From: an uncultured Chloroflexia bacterium
Lineage (GTDB): Bacteria; Chloroflexota; Limnocylindria; Limnocylindrales; CSP1-4
DNA length: 64,000 bases
Direction of reading: 5' to 3'
Assembly: GCA_963712745.1 (NCBI GenBank)
Contig: CAVQJC010000005.1
Location: 256,001-320,000 of the forward strand
Positions 1 through 9,804 of the stretch are shown here, one piece after another (positions within the stretch are counted from its first letter, which is position 1; every line of letters begins with the position of its first letter). The notes under the pieces are model-generated. The model was given only the letters and a program-made list of their open reading frames with translations. It searched no databases and had not been told where the DNA came from. The position numbers were made by a program, and so were the translations under genes.

Positions 1-610
1 GGACTTCGCTGAACTGGTCCTCGAACTGGTCGAAGAGGAGCGGAGGCTCGTCGCCCAGGCTGTACGTGGCGCGGGCCCGTTCGTCGCTGGTGAGTGAACG
101 AATGGTCCCGAAGAAGGCACGCAGGTCGTCGGTGCGGGTCCCGTAGTCGAAGGCCAGCGGATCGTCCTCGGCCGGGTCGTAGTCCCAGGCGGCACGCGGT
201 GGTGGGTGCGGGGCGCCTTCCCAGAACCATTCGGTCGATGACGACGGTCGCGTCGGGCGCTCCTGGGCTGGCGGCGGCTCGGTCGCACCGGGCCCCTGGG
301 GTCCCCACGGAGACTCGGGTCCGCTCGGGGGCTGGGGTCCGCTCGGGGGCTCGGGCCCTGTGGACGGCGACCGCCTCATGCGGGCGCGCCAACCCGTGAC
401 AGGCGGCGGGAGCTGGGCCCGCAGCTCGGGGTCCAGCAGCCACTCGCGGGCGATGTTCAGACGCTTGGTCTCGTCGAGTCCGGCTGCTCCGGCCACGTCC
501 GGGTGCACGTATCGGATGCGCGCCTTGTAGGCACGGTCGACCATCGCCGCGTCCGCACTGGCGTCGACGCCGAGCAGCTCGTAGGGATCGAAGTGGGGCA
601 GTTGCGTCAT
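1..610 (-). CDS. J-domain (DnaJ-like) protein, 3' end outside window
   Basis: Not in the ORF track. Minus-strand ATG at 610 reads MTQLPHFDPYELLGVDASADAAMVDRAYKARIRYVHPDVAG...KRLNIAREWLLDPELRAQL, a J-domain with HPD, followed by a Pro/Arg-rich linker; the same frame still looks coding at the window edge. Confidence 0.85.
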   Translation of the reverse strand, partial: MTQLPHFDPYELLGVDASADAAMVDRAYKARIRYVHPDVAGAAGLDETKRLNIAREWLLDPELRAQLPPPVTGWRARMRRSPSTGPEPPSGPQPPSGPESPWGPQGPGATEPPPAQERPTRPSSSTEWFWEGAPHPPPRAAWDYDPAEDDPLAFDYGTRTDDLRAFFGTIRSLTSDERARATYSLGDEPPLLFDQFEDQFSEV

Positions 611-613
611 CGG

Positions 614-1738
614 TCAGCCGCGGTAGCGCTCCCAGACCTCCACCAAGCGGTCATGTGGCAGCCGATGGGCGACGTGGCCACCCTGGCCGGCCATGGTCTC
701 GGCGGCCACCAGGGCGTTGACGATGGCCTCCTCGGTGGACTCGATCGCGGCCCAGAAGAGCGGGCTGATCCAGGCGTCGTCGAGTGCGCGGACCTCACGC
801 GTGAACGGCCGGCCGGCTGCGCGGTCCTCGGCCACCAGACCGCGATTGCCGGTGGCAAAGGCGATGAAGAGGTCGCCGCTGGAGTGCTCGCCGGCGCCGC
901 CCGTTCGAGCCACGCCCAGCCCGGCCCGCTGCGCCAGCCGCTCGCACTGGTGCGGCAGCAGGGGCGCGTCGGTGGCCAATACCACGATGATGGAGCCGCT
1001 GTCAGCATCCGCGGCCGAGCGTGCCGCGTCCTCCCGGTCCGAGGGCACCACGTCGAGCCCGATCTCGCGCCCCACCGGCACGCCGTCGATGGCCAATCGC
1101 TCGCGCCGGCCGTAGTTGGCCTGCACCAGGGCACCCACGATGAAGCCGCCCTCGTCGGCCGCCACCCGTCGTGAAGCGGTGCCGATGCCACCCTTGAAGC
1201 GATGACAGATCATGCCCGTGCCACCGCCGACGTTGCCTTCCGCCACGGGCCCATCGGCCGCGGTCTCCAGCGCGGAGAAGAGATGCTCGGCACGCACGTG
1301 CTGACCGTCGACATCGTTGAGCCAGCCGTCCCAGGTCTCGCCCACCACCGGCAGCGACCAGGCCGACTCGGCGGCACCGGCACTGCGGGTCGCGGCGGCC
1401 ACGATGGCATCGCGCACGACCCCGACCGAGTGCGTGTTGGTGATCCCGACAGGCCCCGACAGCAGCCCGGCCTCGCGGATCCACTCGAGACCGGTCAGCT
1501 CCCCGTTGCCGTTCAGCCGATGGGCGCCGGCATAGACAGCCTCGGCGAAGGGATCACCATGGTGGGGCACGACCACGGTCACGCCCGTCCGCACAGGTCC
1601 CTCGCCCACCACCAGCGGACCGGCGTGGCCGGAGACCAGCGTGGTCTGGCCCACGCGCACGCCGGCCACGTCGGTGATGGCGTTGAGCGGTCCGGGTGCC
1701 ATCAGCCCGATCGAGATTCCGAGATCGCGAGCACGCAT
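614..1738 (-). CDS. dmpA: DmpA/P1-family (S58) aminopeptidase
   Basis: NAITDVAGVRVG, GNGELTG, EGNVGGGTGM, FKGGIGTASR and the autoproteolysis site GSIIVVLATDAP. Confidence 0.9.
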   Translation of the reverse strand: MRARDLGISIGLMAPGPLNAITDVAGVRVGQTTLVSGHAGPLVVGEGPVRTGVTVVVPHHGDPFAEAVYAGAHRLNGNGELTGLEWIREAGLLSGPVGITNTHSVGVVRDAIVAAATRSAGAAESAWSLPVVGETWDGWLNDVDGQHVRAEHLFSALETAADGPVAEGNVGGGTGMICHRFKGGIGTASRRVAADEGGFIVGALVQANYGRRERLAIDGVPVGREIGLDVVPSDREDAARSAADADSGSIIVVLATDAPLLPHQCERLAQRAGLGVARTGGAGEHSSGDLFIAFATGNRGLVAEDRAAGRPFTREVRALDDAWISPLFWAAIESTEEAIVNALVAAETMAGQGGHVAHRLPHDRLVEVWERYRG

Positions 1739-1759
1739 GTGCCCGAGGCTAGCGCAGCC

Positions 1760-2992
1760 TTACTTGAGGCGAGTGGCGAAGAGGTTCCGCGGTGTCCCGT
1801 CAAGCTGTCCCGACTGGAGGACGATGGTCGGCCGCTTGCCGCCCAGCGCGATGTTCGGGGCCATGCGCAGCAGCTTCGCCTCGGGCACGACGGTCTTGGG
1901 CGCCTTGAACGAGACGCCGTCGTTGGCACTGCGCTGGGACACGACCTTGGTGCCGATCAGGCGGTCCTTGCGGATGCGCTCCTTGACGAAGGTGATCATG
2001 GCCTTCTTGTCGGGCAGCAACTCGACGTCGGCGGCACTGAAGACGAACCCGTCAGGCGCCTTGAGCAGCCTGTCCTTCCAGCCCCGGCCGTTCCTGGCCG
2101 AGCGCGAGACGATGAGCCCGCCACCCGGCGACTGCATGGTCGCGAGCACCGTCCTTCCCCGGGCATCGAGTTCGGGCCAGCCGTAGCTCAAGCGGTCGGT
2201 GACGGTGCGGGTGCGGCTCCAGTTCTTGCCGCGGTCGAGTGACGTGCGCGACTTGATCTCCGAGGCCAGGCATTCGCCCTTCTTGGCACGCGACCAGGCG
2301 ACATGGAGGGTGACGTCGGTGGCAGCCAGGCCGACCAGCCCGTCGGTCAGCTGCTTGCGGCAGTCGATCGACAGTTTGGTCGTGGCGACCGTCCTGGCCG
2401 GGCCGAAACTCCGCCCCGCATCCTTGCTGGTGCGCAGCTGGACCTTGCCGTTGGCACGGTTCGTCCAGGCCACGGCGATGAAGCCCTTGCCCACCGCCAC
2501 GGCGGGCACGCCGATGCCGCTGCTGCGGTCGCTGGCGACCATCTTCCGGCGCAGCTCGAAGGAGCGGCCACCATCGCGACTGACACGGATGAAGAGGGCG
2601 TTCTCGTGGGCACCGTTGACCCGCCAGGCCGCGACGACGATCTTGCCGCGTGCGGCGATGGCGAGATTGGGCACGACGTGGCGGCGTGCATTCGTGGCCG
2701 CGAAGAGCACTCGCTCCCTCGACCACGAGGCGCCCCTGTCGGTCGAGCGCTGGTAGACGACGCGGTCGTCGGTGGGGCCGGACCCGATGCGCGGGTGGAC
2801 CAGGTGCAGCCGACCATCGTCCGCAGCGAGCTGGTGCATGGAATCGAGGCGAGAGCCGCCGGTGTCGGTGACACGCCGCGGCGAGGACCACCCGGCACCG
2901 AAGACGAGCGAGGGCAGCAGGATCAGCGCGAGGACGGCAGCGGTGATGCTCATCAGCGGCGCACGACTGCCGACCTTGCGATCGAAGGTCAT
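1760..2992 (-). CDS. Secreted Asp-box/BNR-repeat (sialidase-fold) protein
   Basis: Signal peptide plus six Asp-box-like motifs (STDRGASW, SRDGGRSF, SKDAGRSF, SLDRGKNW, SARNGRGW, SANDGVSF). Start is 2992 or 2953; the 3223 start runs through intergenic repeats. Confidence 0.75.
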   Translation of the reverse strand: MTFDRKVGSRAPLMSITAAVLALILLPSLVFGAGWSSPRRVTDTGGSRLDSMHQLAADDGRLHLVHPRIGSGPTDDRVVYQRSTDRGASWSRERVLFAATNARRHVVPNLAIAARGKIVVAAWRVNGAHENALFIRVSRDGGRSFELRRKMVASDRSSGIGVPAVAVGKGFIAVAWTNRANGKVQLRTSKDAGRSFGPARTVATTKLSIDCRKQLTDGLVGLAATDVTLHVAWSRAKKGECLASEIKSRTSLDRGKNWSRTRTVTDRLSYGWPELDARGRTVLATMQSPGGGLIVSRSARNGRGWKDRLLKAPDGFVFSAADVELLPDKKAMITFVKERIRKDRLIGTKVVSQRSANDGVSFKAPKTVVPEAKLLRMAPNIALGGKRPTIVLQSGQLDGTPRNLFATRLK

Positions 2993-3135
2993 CACGGGTC
3001 CATCGTGAGCGGTGCGTGGAGGCACCGGTATGGCCACGCGGTACCTGCGTACGCATATGACCATCGGTGCGGGTGTTCCACGTGGCTGCGAAGCCGGTGA
3101 GCCTGGCGAGTCGGGTCGGCCGAGAGACCCGGCCT

Positions 3136-3270
3136 CTCGGCTACTTGATGCCAGATGTCGGCCCCGACGCCGCCAGGTCGCAACGACGACGCTATGTCGC
3201 AACGGCGACTCGGCTACTTTCATGCCAGATGTCGGCCCCGACGCCGTTAGGTCCTAACGGCGACGCAATG
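3136..3270. repeat. Two ~61-bp imperfect direct repeats with REP-like palindromic subunits
   Basis: ctcggctactt(g/tc)atgccagatgtcggccccgacgccg...gac gc(t/a)atg at 3136-3196 and 3209-3270; gtc(gc/ct)aacg(a/g)cgac occurs three times. Confidence 0.8.
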
Positions 3271-3501
3271 GGCGCGGGCACTGGCATAGTGATGCAGAAG
3301 ACCGCTTTGTCGGTGGATGGTATCCATCGATGGTGCATGTCCATGCATCACTTGCGGCGACACCAGGCTGCGCTCTCGCCTAGCGGTCACCATGCCGACA
3401 TCTGACGGGCAGATGGCGGGCGGCCGGCGGATGACAAGCCTCGACGGTAGGTGCTCGCGTTCGCGGCTCCCGCGGGCATCAAGCACGCGCGGCACCGCGC
3501 C

Positions 3502-3566
3502 GGAGGTCAGCGGCGCTGCTGCACGTTCTTAGCGGCGCTGCTGCGGGAGGTCAGCGGCGCTGCTGC
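3502..3566. repeat. Triplicated 3' end of the guaB-like gene
   Basis: ggaggtcagcggcgctgctgc at 3502-3522 and 3546-3566, with agcggcgctgctgc at 3531-3544. Confidence 0.85.
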
Positions 3567-4744
3567 CAGGACTTGCCCTCGACTGCCACGGCGGGGGCGT
3601 AGACCATCTCCACCTGCTGCATCTCGCGGATGTCGCGTGCACCCAGCGCTGCCATGGACTGGCGCAGCGCACCCACCAGGTTCTCCGAGCCGTCGGTCAC
3701 CTGGGAGGGACCGAAGAGGATCCGCTCCATCGAGCCCACGGTACCGACGTCGATGCGCATGCCGCGGGGCAGTGTCGGCGACGGTGCGGCCATACCCCAG
3801 TTGGTGCCGTGACCCGGGGCCTCGAAAGCACGCGCCAGGGGCGATCCGATCATCACCGCGTCGGCTCCGGCAGCGATGGCCTTGGATATCTCGCCTCCAC
3901 GCCGCATGCCGCCGTCGCCCACCACGGGGATGTACGCCCCGGTCCGCTGGTAGTGGTCGTCGCGCGCAGCGGCCACGTCGGCGATGGCCGTCACCTGGGG
4001 CACGCCGATGCCCAGCACCTCGCGCGTGGTGCAGGCCGCACCCGGCCCGACGCCTACGAAGATGGCCGCGATGCCCCGTTCCATCAGCGCTGCGGCAGCC
4101 TGGTATGAGGTCGTGTTGCCGACGGCCACGGGGATGCCCATGAGCTGCGTGAACTCGCCCAACTCCAGCGGCTCGTAGTCCGCGGCGAGGTGCTGGGCTG
4201 ACGAGACCTGCGACTGCACCAGGAAGACGTCGGCGCCCTGTTCCGCACAGAACGGGCCCCAGCGCCGCGCGGCGGCGGGCGTGGCCGAGATGACCGCCGG
4301 CGACCCGGCCTGGTGCAGCTCAGCGATGCGGGCGGACACGATGTCCTCCGAGATAGGCGGCTCGTATGCCGCGGAGAGCACAGCCTGGGCCTCCGTGGCC
4401 GCGGCGGTGGCGATCCGCTCGAGCACCGGTGCAGGATCCTTGTAGCGCATCTGGACGCCCTCGAGGTTCATCACCGCCAGCCCGCCCAGGGCAGCCAGCA
4501 CGCCCGCGGACCGCACGTCCACGACCGCGTCCATCGAGGCCGCCAGCACCGGGATGCCGAGCGTCAGGCCGGCCAGCTCGACGGAGGTGTCGACATCGGC
4601 CGGCTCGACCGTGCGAGGCCCCGGGGCCAGCGAGACGTCATCGAAGCCGTAGGCGTGGCGGAGGGTGTCGACCTTGGAGGCTCGGCGCTGCGGGGCGCCC
4701 ACCTGGATGTTGGCTGGCTGCGAGCTACCGACCCTGATGGTCAC
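3551..4744 (-). CDS. guaB: IMP dehydrogenase-related protein (GuaB3 family)
   Basis: YGFDDVSLAP, ASMDAV, catalytic loop VGVGPGAACTTREVLGIGVPQ, GDGG and GADAVMIGSPLA; no CBS domains. Confidence 0.88.
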   Translation of the reverse strand: MTIRVGSSQPANIQVGAPQRRASKVDTLRHAYGFDDVSLAPGPRTVEPADVDTSVELAGLTLGIPVLAASMDAVVDVRSAGVLAALGGLAVMNLEGVQMRYKDPAPVLERIATAAATEAQAVLSAAYEPPISEDIVSARIAELHQAGSPAVISATPAAARRWGPFCAEQGADVFLVQSQVSSAQHLAADYEPLELGEFTQLMGIPVAVGNTTSYQAAAALMERGIAAIFVGVGPGAACTTREVLGIGVPQVTAIADVAAARDDHYQRTGAYIPVVGDGGMRRGGEISKAIAAGADAVMIGSPLARAFEAPGHGTNWGMAAPSPTLPRGMRIDVGTVGSMERILFGPSQVTDGSENLVGALRQSMAALGARDIREMQQVEMVYAPAVAVEGKSWQQRR

Positions 4745-4809
4745 GATCGACGGACCCCTCCTACATGGCTCTGGTGCACGGCGCTGATGGTTGGCGGCAG
4801 TATACCGAC

Positions 4810-5844
4810 GTGAAGACGCGCGACCCCTACCCCGACCAGGTCACCCTGGCCGATGTCCAGGCCGCTGCCGACTGCCTCCTGGGCGTCGCGCTGCGCACTC
4901 CACTGCTTGGCTTCGGGCCGTTCGACGATGAGATCGGCGCACCCCGCGCCTGGCTCAAGCCGGAGAACCTCCAACCCATCGGCGCCTTCAAGATCCGCGG
5001 CGCGTACAACGCCCTGGCCACGCTCTCCCCGCAGGAGCGGGCCCGCGGCGTAGTGACCCATTCGAGCGGCAACCACGCCCAGGGCATCGCCCGAGCTGCC
5101 CGCATGCTGGGCATCAGAGCCGTCATCGTCATGCCCGACGACGCTCCGGCCATCAAGGTCGCCGGCGTCCGCGCGGACGGGGCCGAGATCGACGTCGTTG
5201 GCCCCGACAACGAGGAGCGCATCGCCCGCGCCGACCAGCTGGCCGAGGAGCAGGGCCTGGTGCTCATCCCCTCCTACGACGACGCGCGCATCGTGGCCGG
5301 GCAGGGCACGGTCGGCCTGGAGATCGTGGAGCAGCTGGCTGAGCTGGGCCGGGCCAACGAGCCGCTGACGGTGCTGGTGCCCATCGGCGGCGGCGGTCTC
5401 TCGTCGGGCCTGTGCGTGGCCGTCAAGTCGCTGCGTCCCGATGCCACCGTCATCGGGGTCGAGCCGGAGTTGGCCGCCGATGCCGCCGAGTCGTTCCGCG
5501 AAGGCCGCATCGTGCGCTGGGAACCGGCGCTCACAGGTCGTACCATCGCCGACGGCGTGCGCACGAGCGCGGTCGGACGCATCCCCTGGGCCCAGCTGTC
5601 GCGCCTGATCGACGATATCGTGACCGTCACCGAGGACGACATCAAGCGGGCCATGCTCGAGGCCGCCACCCGTGCCCGCATCGTGGCCGAGCCGTCGGGC
5701 GCGGTGTCGATCGCGGCTTGGATGCGCTACGGAGAAGATCTGCCGGCGGCGGACGATGGCGACACGGTCATGGTCGTGTCCGGCGGCAACGTCGATGCGG
5801 ACACGTACCGGGCCCTCCTGGCGGAGGCCGCCGGCCTGGGCTGA
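4810..5844 (+). CDS. PLP-dependent threonine/serine dehydratase
   Basis: KPENLQPIGAFKIRGAYN, HSSGNHAQG, PIGGGGL, EPSGA and VSGGN; GTG start at 4810. Confidence 0.9.
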   Translation: MKTRDPYPDQVTLADVQAAADCLLGVALRTPLLGFGPFDDEIGAPRAWLKPENLQPIGAFKIRGAYNALATLSPQERARGVVTHSSGNHAQGIARAARMLGIRAVIVMPDDAPAIKVAGVRADGAEIDVVGPDNEERIARADQLAEEQGLVLIPSYDDARIVAGQGTVGLEIVEQLAELGRANEPLTVLVPIGGGGLSSGLCVAVKSLRPDATVIGVEPELAADAAESFREGRIVRWEPALTGRTIADGVRTSAVGRIPWAQLSRLIDDIVTVTEDDIKRAMLEAATRARIVAEPSGAVSIAAWMRYGEDLPAADDGDTVMVVSGGNVDADTYRALLAEAAGLG

Positions 5845-5951
5845 GCGAGCCGACAGCGCGGCGCGAAAGCGTTGCCTGGAAGCGCCACCTGAGCGGGGAC
5901 CGGATGCACCGGCCGGTGGCAAGATGGCCCAGCACGACTATCATCGCCGCC

Positions 5952-6944
5952 ATGCCCGAGCGACCCGTGCCCTTCAGTCTCCTCGACGCCGCCCGCGTGG
6001 TGGCCCGGGGAGGCACCTTCGACGAGAAACTGACGGCGCTGTCCGAACAGGCCCGCACCGTCACCGACGCCGGCCTCGTGACCGTGCTGCTCCACGACGC
6101 CGACGCCGACGTCCTCCTCTCGCTCGACGGGGAGCTGGCCTTGCCGGTCGCCGCCGTCGACGACGACACCGCGCGTACCATGTCCGACCGCCAGCCGGGC
6201 CTGATGAGCGGCGTCCCGGCGAGCCTCAAGGGCCTGCTACCCGACGCCGGCTCCGCCTTGCTGGCTCCGCTCGTCATCGAGGACGAGGACGGCGCCGCCG
6301 TGGAAGGCCTGCTGGTCCTCGGCTGGAAGTCGGCCGAACCGCCCATCGACGAGGTGCCCGACGCGGTCCTCGCCATCGCCGACCTGTCGGCAGTGACCAT
6401 CCGCCAGGCTCGACTGCGCAACTCCTTCTGGGAGCAGACCGACCACGCCGACCGCCTGTCTCACACCGACCGCCTCACCGGCCTGGCCAATCGCGTCACC
6501 TTCGAGCGCATGCTCGAGCTCGAGATCGCCCGGGCCACCCGGCAGGGCAGCCCACTGGCGGTGGCCGTGCTCGATGTCGACGGTCTCTCCGACATCAGTC
6601 AGCAGAAGGGCGCCCGCGTGGCCGACGAGGTCCTGCGTCACGTGGCCAGCGCCATCGCTGACCGCGTGCGCTTGCTTGACACCGTCGCGCGCTTCGGAGA
6701 CGACGAGTTCGTGGTCATCGCCCCCGGCGACGCCGGCGGCATCGTGGCCCTGCGCCTGCGCGACGCCATCGCGGAGCTGCCGCCCGTCGGCGACACATCT
6801 ATCAGCATCAGTGCCGCGGTCGTGCATCACCCCGCGGACGGCTCCACCGGCTCCGAGCTGGTAGCCGCATCGGAGGCCGCTCTGGAGGCAGCCAAGTCAA
6901 AGGGCCCGGGCACCATCTTCGGCGTACAGGAGGCGACGGCCTAG
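5952..6944 (+). CDS. GAF-like + GGDEF-domain diguanylate cyclase
   Basis: TDRLTGLANR, LDVDGL, I-site RLLD and active-site variant RFGDDEF. Confidence 0.85.
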   Translation: MPERPVPFSLLDAARVVARGGTFDEKLTALSEQARTVTDAGLVTVLLHDADADVLLSLDGELALPVAAVDDDTARTMSDRQPGLMSGVPASLKGLLPDAGSALLAPLVIEDEDGAAVEGLLVLGWKSAEPPIDEVPDAVLAIADLSAVTIRQARLRNSFWEQTDHADRLSHTDRLTGLANRVTFERMLELEIARATRQGSPLAVAVLDVDGLSDISQQKGARVADEVLRHVASAIADRVRLLDTVARFGDDEFVVIAPGDAGGIVALRLRDAIAELPPVGDTSISISAAVVHHPADGSTGSELVAASEAALEAAKSKGPGTIFGVQEATA

Positions 6945-6966
6945 CGACCTCTCCGGCCGCGCGATC

Positions 6967-7004
6967 AGCGATCTACCCCGCCGCGAGCGATCTACCCCGC
7001 CGCG
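6967..7004. repeat. Perfect 19-bp tandem duplication spanning the tmk stop codon
   Basis: agcgatctaccccgccgcg at 6967-6985 and 6986-7004. Confidence 0.9.
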
Positions 7005-7672
7005 CCGTGGATGCCTGACTGGAGGAGGACGGCATCCACGGCGCGGTTCACGTCTGCGGCCACGTCCTCGATCGCACCCGAGCCGTCGAGCACGACCCAG
7101 CGCTCGGCATCGGCCGCAGCCATCTTCAGGTAGCCGTCGCGCACGCGTTGGTGGAACGCCAGGTCGTGCCGTGTCTCGTCCTCCCAGCGGGTGAGCTCGG
7201 CCGCGCTGCCGGCAGCCCGTCGGGCCAGCCCGGCCTCCGCGGTCACGTCGAGCAGCACCACCAGGTCCGGCTGCAGCCCACCGGTGACCCAGTCCCCGAT
7301 CCGCTGCAGCAGGTCCAGGTCGACACCGCTGCCGTAGCCCTGGTAGGCCATGGTGGAGGTGGCATAGCGATCGCAGACCACGACCTCTCCGCGCTGGAGC
7401 GCGGGCCGGATGACCTCCTCGACATGCTGAGCACGGGCGGCGCTGTAGAGCAGGACGTCGGCCTTGGGACCGCGGGGCGTGGGACCCGGATCATTGACGA
7501 TATGCCGGACCTGCTCGCCAAGATCGGTGCCACCGGGCTCGCGGGTGTACGTCACGGCCAGGCCACGCTGGTGCAGCCGCTCGGACAGCATCCGGGCCTG
7601 CACCGACTTACCTGCCCCGTCTGGGCCCTCGAACACGATGAAGGGGCCCTGGCCCGGCACGAGGTCGGTCAT
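6992..7672 (-). CDS. tmk: Thymidylate (dTMP) kinase
   Basis: FIVFEGPDGAGKS, TREPGGT, VVCDRY and AYQGYG. Confidence 0.95.
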   Translation of the reverse strand: MTDLVPGQGPFIVFEGPDGAGKSVQARMLSERLHQRGLAVTYTREPGGTDLGEQVRHIVNDPGPTPRGPKADVLLYSAARAQHVEEVIRPALQRGEVVVCDRYATSTMAYQGYGSGVDLDLLQRIGDWVTGGLQPDLVVLLDVTAEAGLARRAAGSAAELTRWEDETRHDLAFHQRVRDGYLKMAAADAERWVVLDGSGAIEDVAADVNRAVDAVLLQSGIHGAAG

Positions 7673-7674
7673 CC

Positions 7675-9804
7675 TCAGCGCCAGGCCCGCACCTTCTCCG
7701 GATAGACCCGGACACGGCGGAAGGGCTCCCGGCCGCGCGAGCGAGAAACCAGGTTGGCCGCCTCAGCGGCCCGGTGCTGGAGCTTGCGCAGGTAGGCGTT
7801 CTGGGGCGAGAGCTCGACCGGCTTGGACTCCGAGCGGACCAGGCTGATGGCCTCCTCGAGCTCGCGCATGGCCACGTCCTGGGGATCGGTATCGAGCACA
7901 TAGAGGCTGGTCAGGATGGCCTGCATCTGCACGATGGTGTTTGACTTGAGCACGTAGATGGGGATGCCCCGCGCTTCCGCCTCGCGGATGAGCGGGGACT
8001 TCTGCTTGTAGCTGCTGCGCAGGGTGATGACCACGTCGGCCTCGTCCGGCTCGCGCACCACTACTACCGGCAGCTGCAGGTCCTTGATGGCCTGCTCGAG
8101 CCGCTTGCGGCTGATGCCGAAGCCGAGCACGTTCATGGGCTCCAGCCGGACACCGCCGCCGTTGCGCTCGGACATGCGGATGAGCGACTCCTCCTCGCCC
8201 TTCATCTCCGCCGGCACATCGGGCTCACCGTCGGCTGTGGCCAGGCCGCCGTCGCGCACCGGCTCGAAGCCGAATGCGACCGCAGTGCGCTCGGGTCCCT
8301 CCATGGCGGTGGCCTGCTCGGCCTCGACGCGATCGGTCATGAGCTCGCTCATGGCGCGGTTGGCCGAGGCACGCCATTCGGCCTGGCGCTCGAGCTCACG
8401 AGCGTCGCGGGCTCGCTGTTCGGGGGCGACCGTGCCGCGCTCCAAGGGACCGCGATCGGCGATGGCGCCGGCCCGGAAGAAGGCGCCGCCACTGCGGCTG
8501 CGCGTCTCGTCTACCTGCCACTCCATTCCCCGTCGGCCACGGCTGCGCCCGCGTGGGGCGCTCCCCGCACGACCGGGAGCCTCGCCACTGCCGCTGCCCC
8601 GTTCGCGCAGCGGGGCTTCGACACCGATGGCGCCCGCTCCGCTGCCGACCAGCCCACCGAAGCGCTCGCCCGGGATGCGGGAACGCGGCCCCGGACGAGT
8701 ACGCGCCTGCGAGCGATGGACACCGCCCTCATCCCGCCAGCGCATCTCGGGGGCGAGCGCATCGCCGCGCAGCATGGCGTCGACGGTCTCGGCTACATCG
8801 GCATGGACCGAGACACGGTCGCGGTCCTGGATCTCGACGATGACGTCGAAGGTGGGTGGGGCCTTGCGCTCCAGCACCGACTTCTGGGTTCGCCGCCTGC
8901 GTGCCTCGTCGTCTCCGAGCGTGACCGTCTGGATGCCGCCGATGAGGTCGGAGAGGGTGGGGTTCATCATCAGGTTGTCGAGGTTGTTGCCGTGGGCGGT
9001 ACCGATGAGCTGGACGCCCCGTTCGGCGATCGTGCGCGCCGCCTGCGCCTCCAGCTCGGTGCCGATCTCGTCGATGACGATGACCTCAGGCATGTGGTTC
9101 TCGACGGCCTCGATCATGACCGCGTGCTGCAGGTCGGGTGTCTTGACCTGCATGCGGCGCGCGCGGCCGATGCCGGGGTGGGGGATGTCGCCGTCACCGG
9201 CGATCTCGTTGGAGGTGTCGACGATGACCACGCGCTTGTCGAGGTCGTCGGCCAGCACGCGTGCAGCCTCGCGCAGCATGGTCGTCTTGCCGATGCCGGG
9301 GCGACCCATGATGAGGATCGAGCGGTCCGATTCGACGAGGTCGTCGACGATCTCGATGGTGCCGTAGACGGCCCGGCCGACGCGGCAAGTGAGGCCCACG
9401 ATCTTGCCGCTGCGGTTGCGGATGGCGCTGATGCGGTGGAGCGTGCGCTCGATGCCGGCGCGATTGTCCTCGCCGAAGGACCCGACGTGGTCGACCACGT
9501 ACTGGATGTCCTCCGACCCGATCTCGCGGTCCAGCAGGACCTCCTCGCCGCCACCACCGAAGCGAGCTTCAGGCCGGCGGCCGAGGTCCATCACCACCTC
9601 GATGACGGCCTCCACTCCATCGAGGGCGCGCATGCGCTCACAGATCTCGGGCGGTAGGGCGTCGAGCAACGCGTCGAGGTCGTCGGTCGGGACGCCAGCG
9701 GCCGGGTTCGGCAACTGGCCGGAGGCGGGCGTGACCGGGGCAGCCGCATCGGCTGGTGGCGTGGTGCTGGCGGACATGGGTTCCTCCGATGGCGGGGTGG
9801 TCAT
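7675..9804 (-). CDS. Ycf45/SpoIIIAA-like AAA ATPase with C-terminal R3H domain
   Basis: [19 protein letters not shown], Walker [26 protein letters not shown]; R3[14 protein letters not shown]...[10 protein letters not shown]. Confidence 0.88.
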   Translation of the reverse strand: MTTPPSEEPMSASTTPPADAAAPVTPASGQLPNPAAGVPTDDLDALLDALPPEICERMRALDGVEAVIEVVMDLGRRPEARFGGGGEEVLLDREIGSEDIQYVVDHVGSFGEDNRAGIERTLHRISAIRNRSGKIVGLTCRVGRAVYGTIEIVDDLVESDRSILIMGRPGIGKTTMLREAARVLADDLDKRVVIVDTSNEIAGDGDIPHPGIGRARRMQVKTPDLQHAVMIEAVENHMPEVIVIDEIGTELEAQAARTIAERGVQLIGTAHGNNLDNLMMNPTLSDLIGGIQTVTLGDDEARRRRTQKSVLERKAPPTFDVIVEIQDRDRVSVHADVAETVDAMLRGDALAPEMRWRDEGGVHRSQARTRPGPRSRIPGERFGGLVGSGAGAIGVEAPLRERGSGSGEAPGRAGSAPRGRSRGRRGMEWQVDETRSRSGGAFFRAGAIADRGPLERGTVAPEQRARDARELERQAEWRASANRAMSELMTDRVEAEQATAMEGPERTAVAFGFEPVRDGGLATADGEPDVPAEMKGEEESLIRMSERNGGGVRLEPMNVLGFGISRKRLEQAIKDLQLPVVVVREPDEADVVITLRSSYKQKSPLIREAEARGIPIYVLKSNTIVQMQAILTSLYVLDTDPQDVAMRELEEAISLVRSESKPVELSPQNAYLRKLQHRAAEAANLVSRSRGREPFRRVRVYPEKVRAWR

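Noticed and set aside
3136-3270. CRISPR array
   Set aside because: Only two long imperfect units with a ~12-bp gap; no unique spacers or cas genes.
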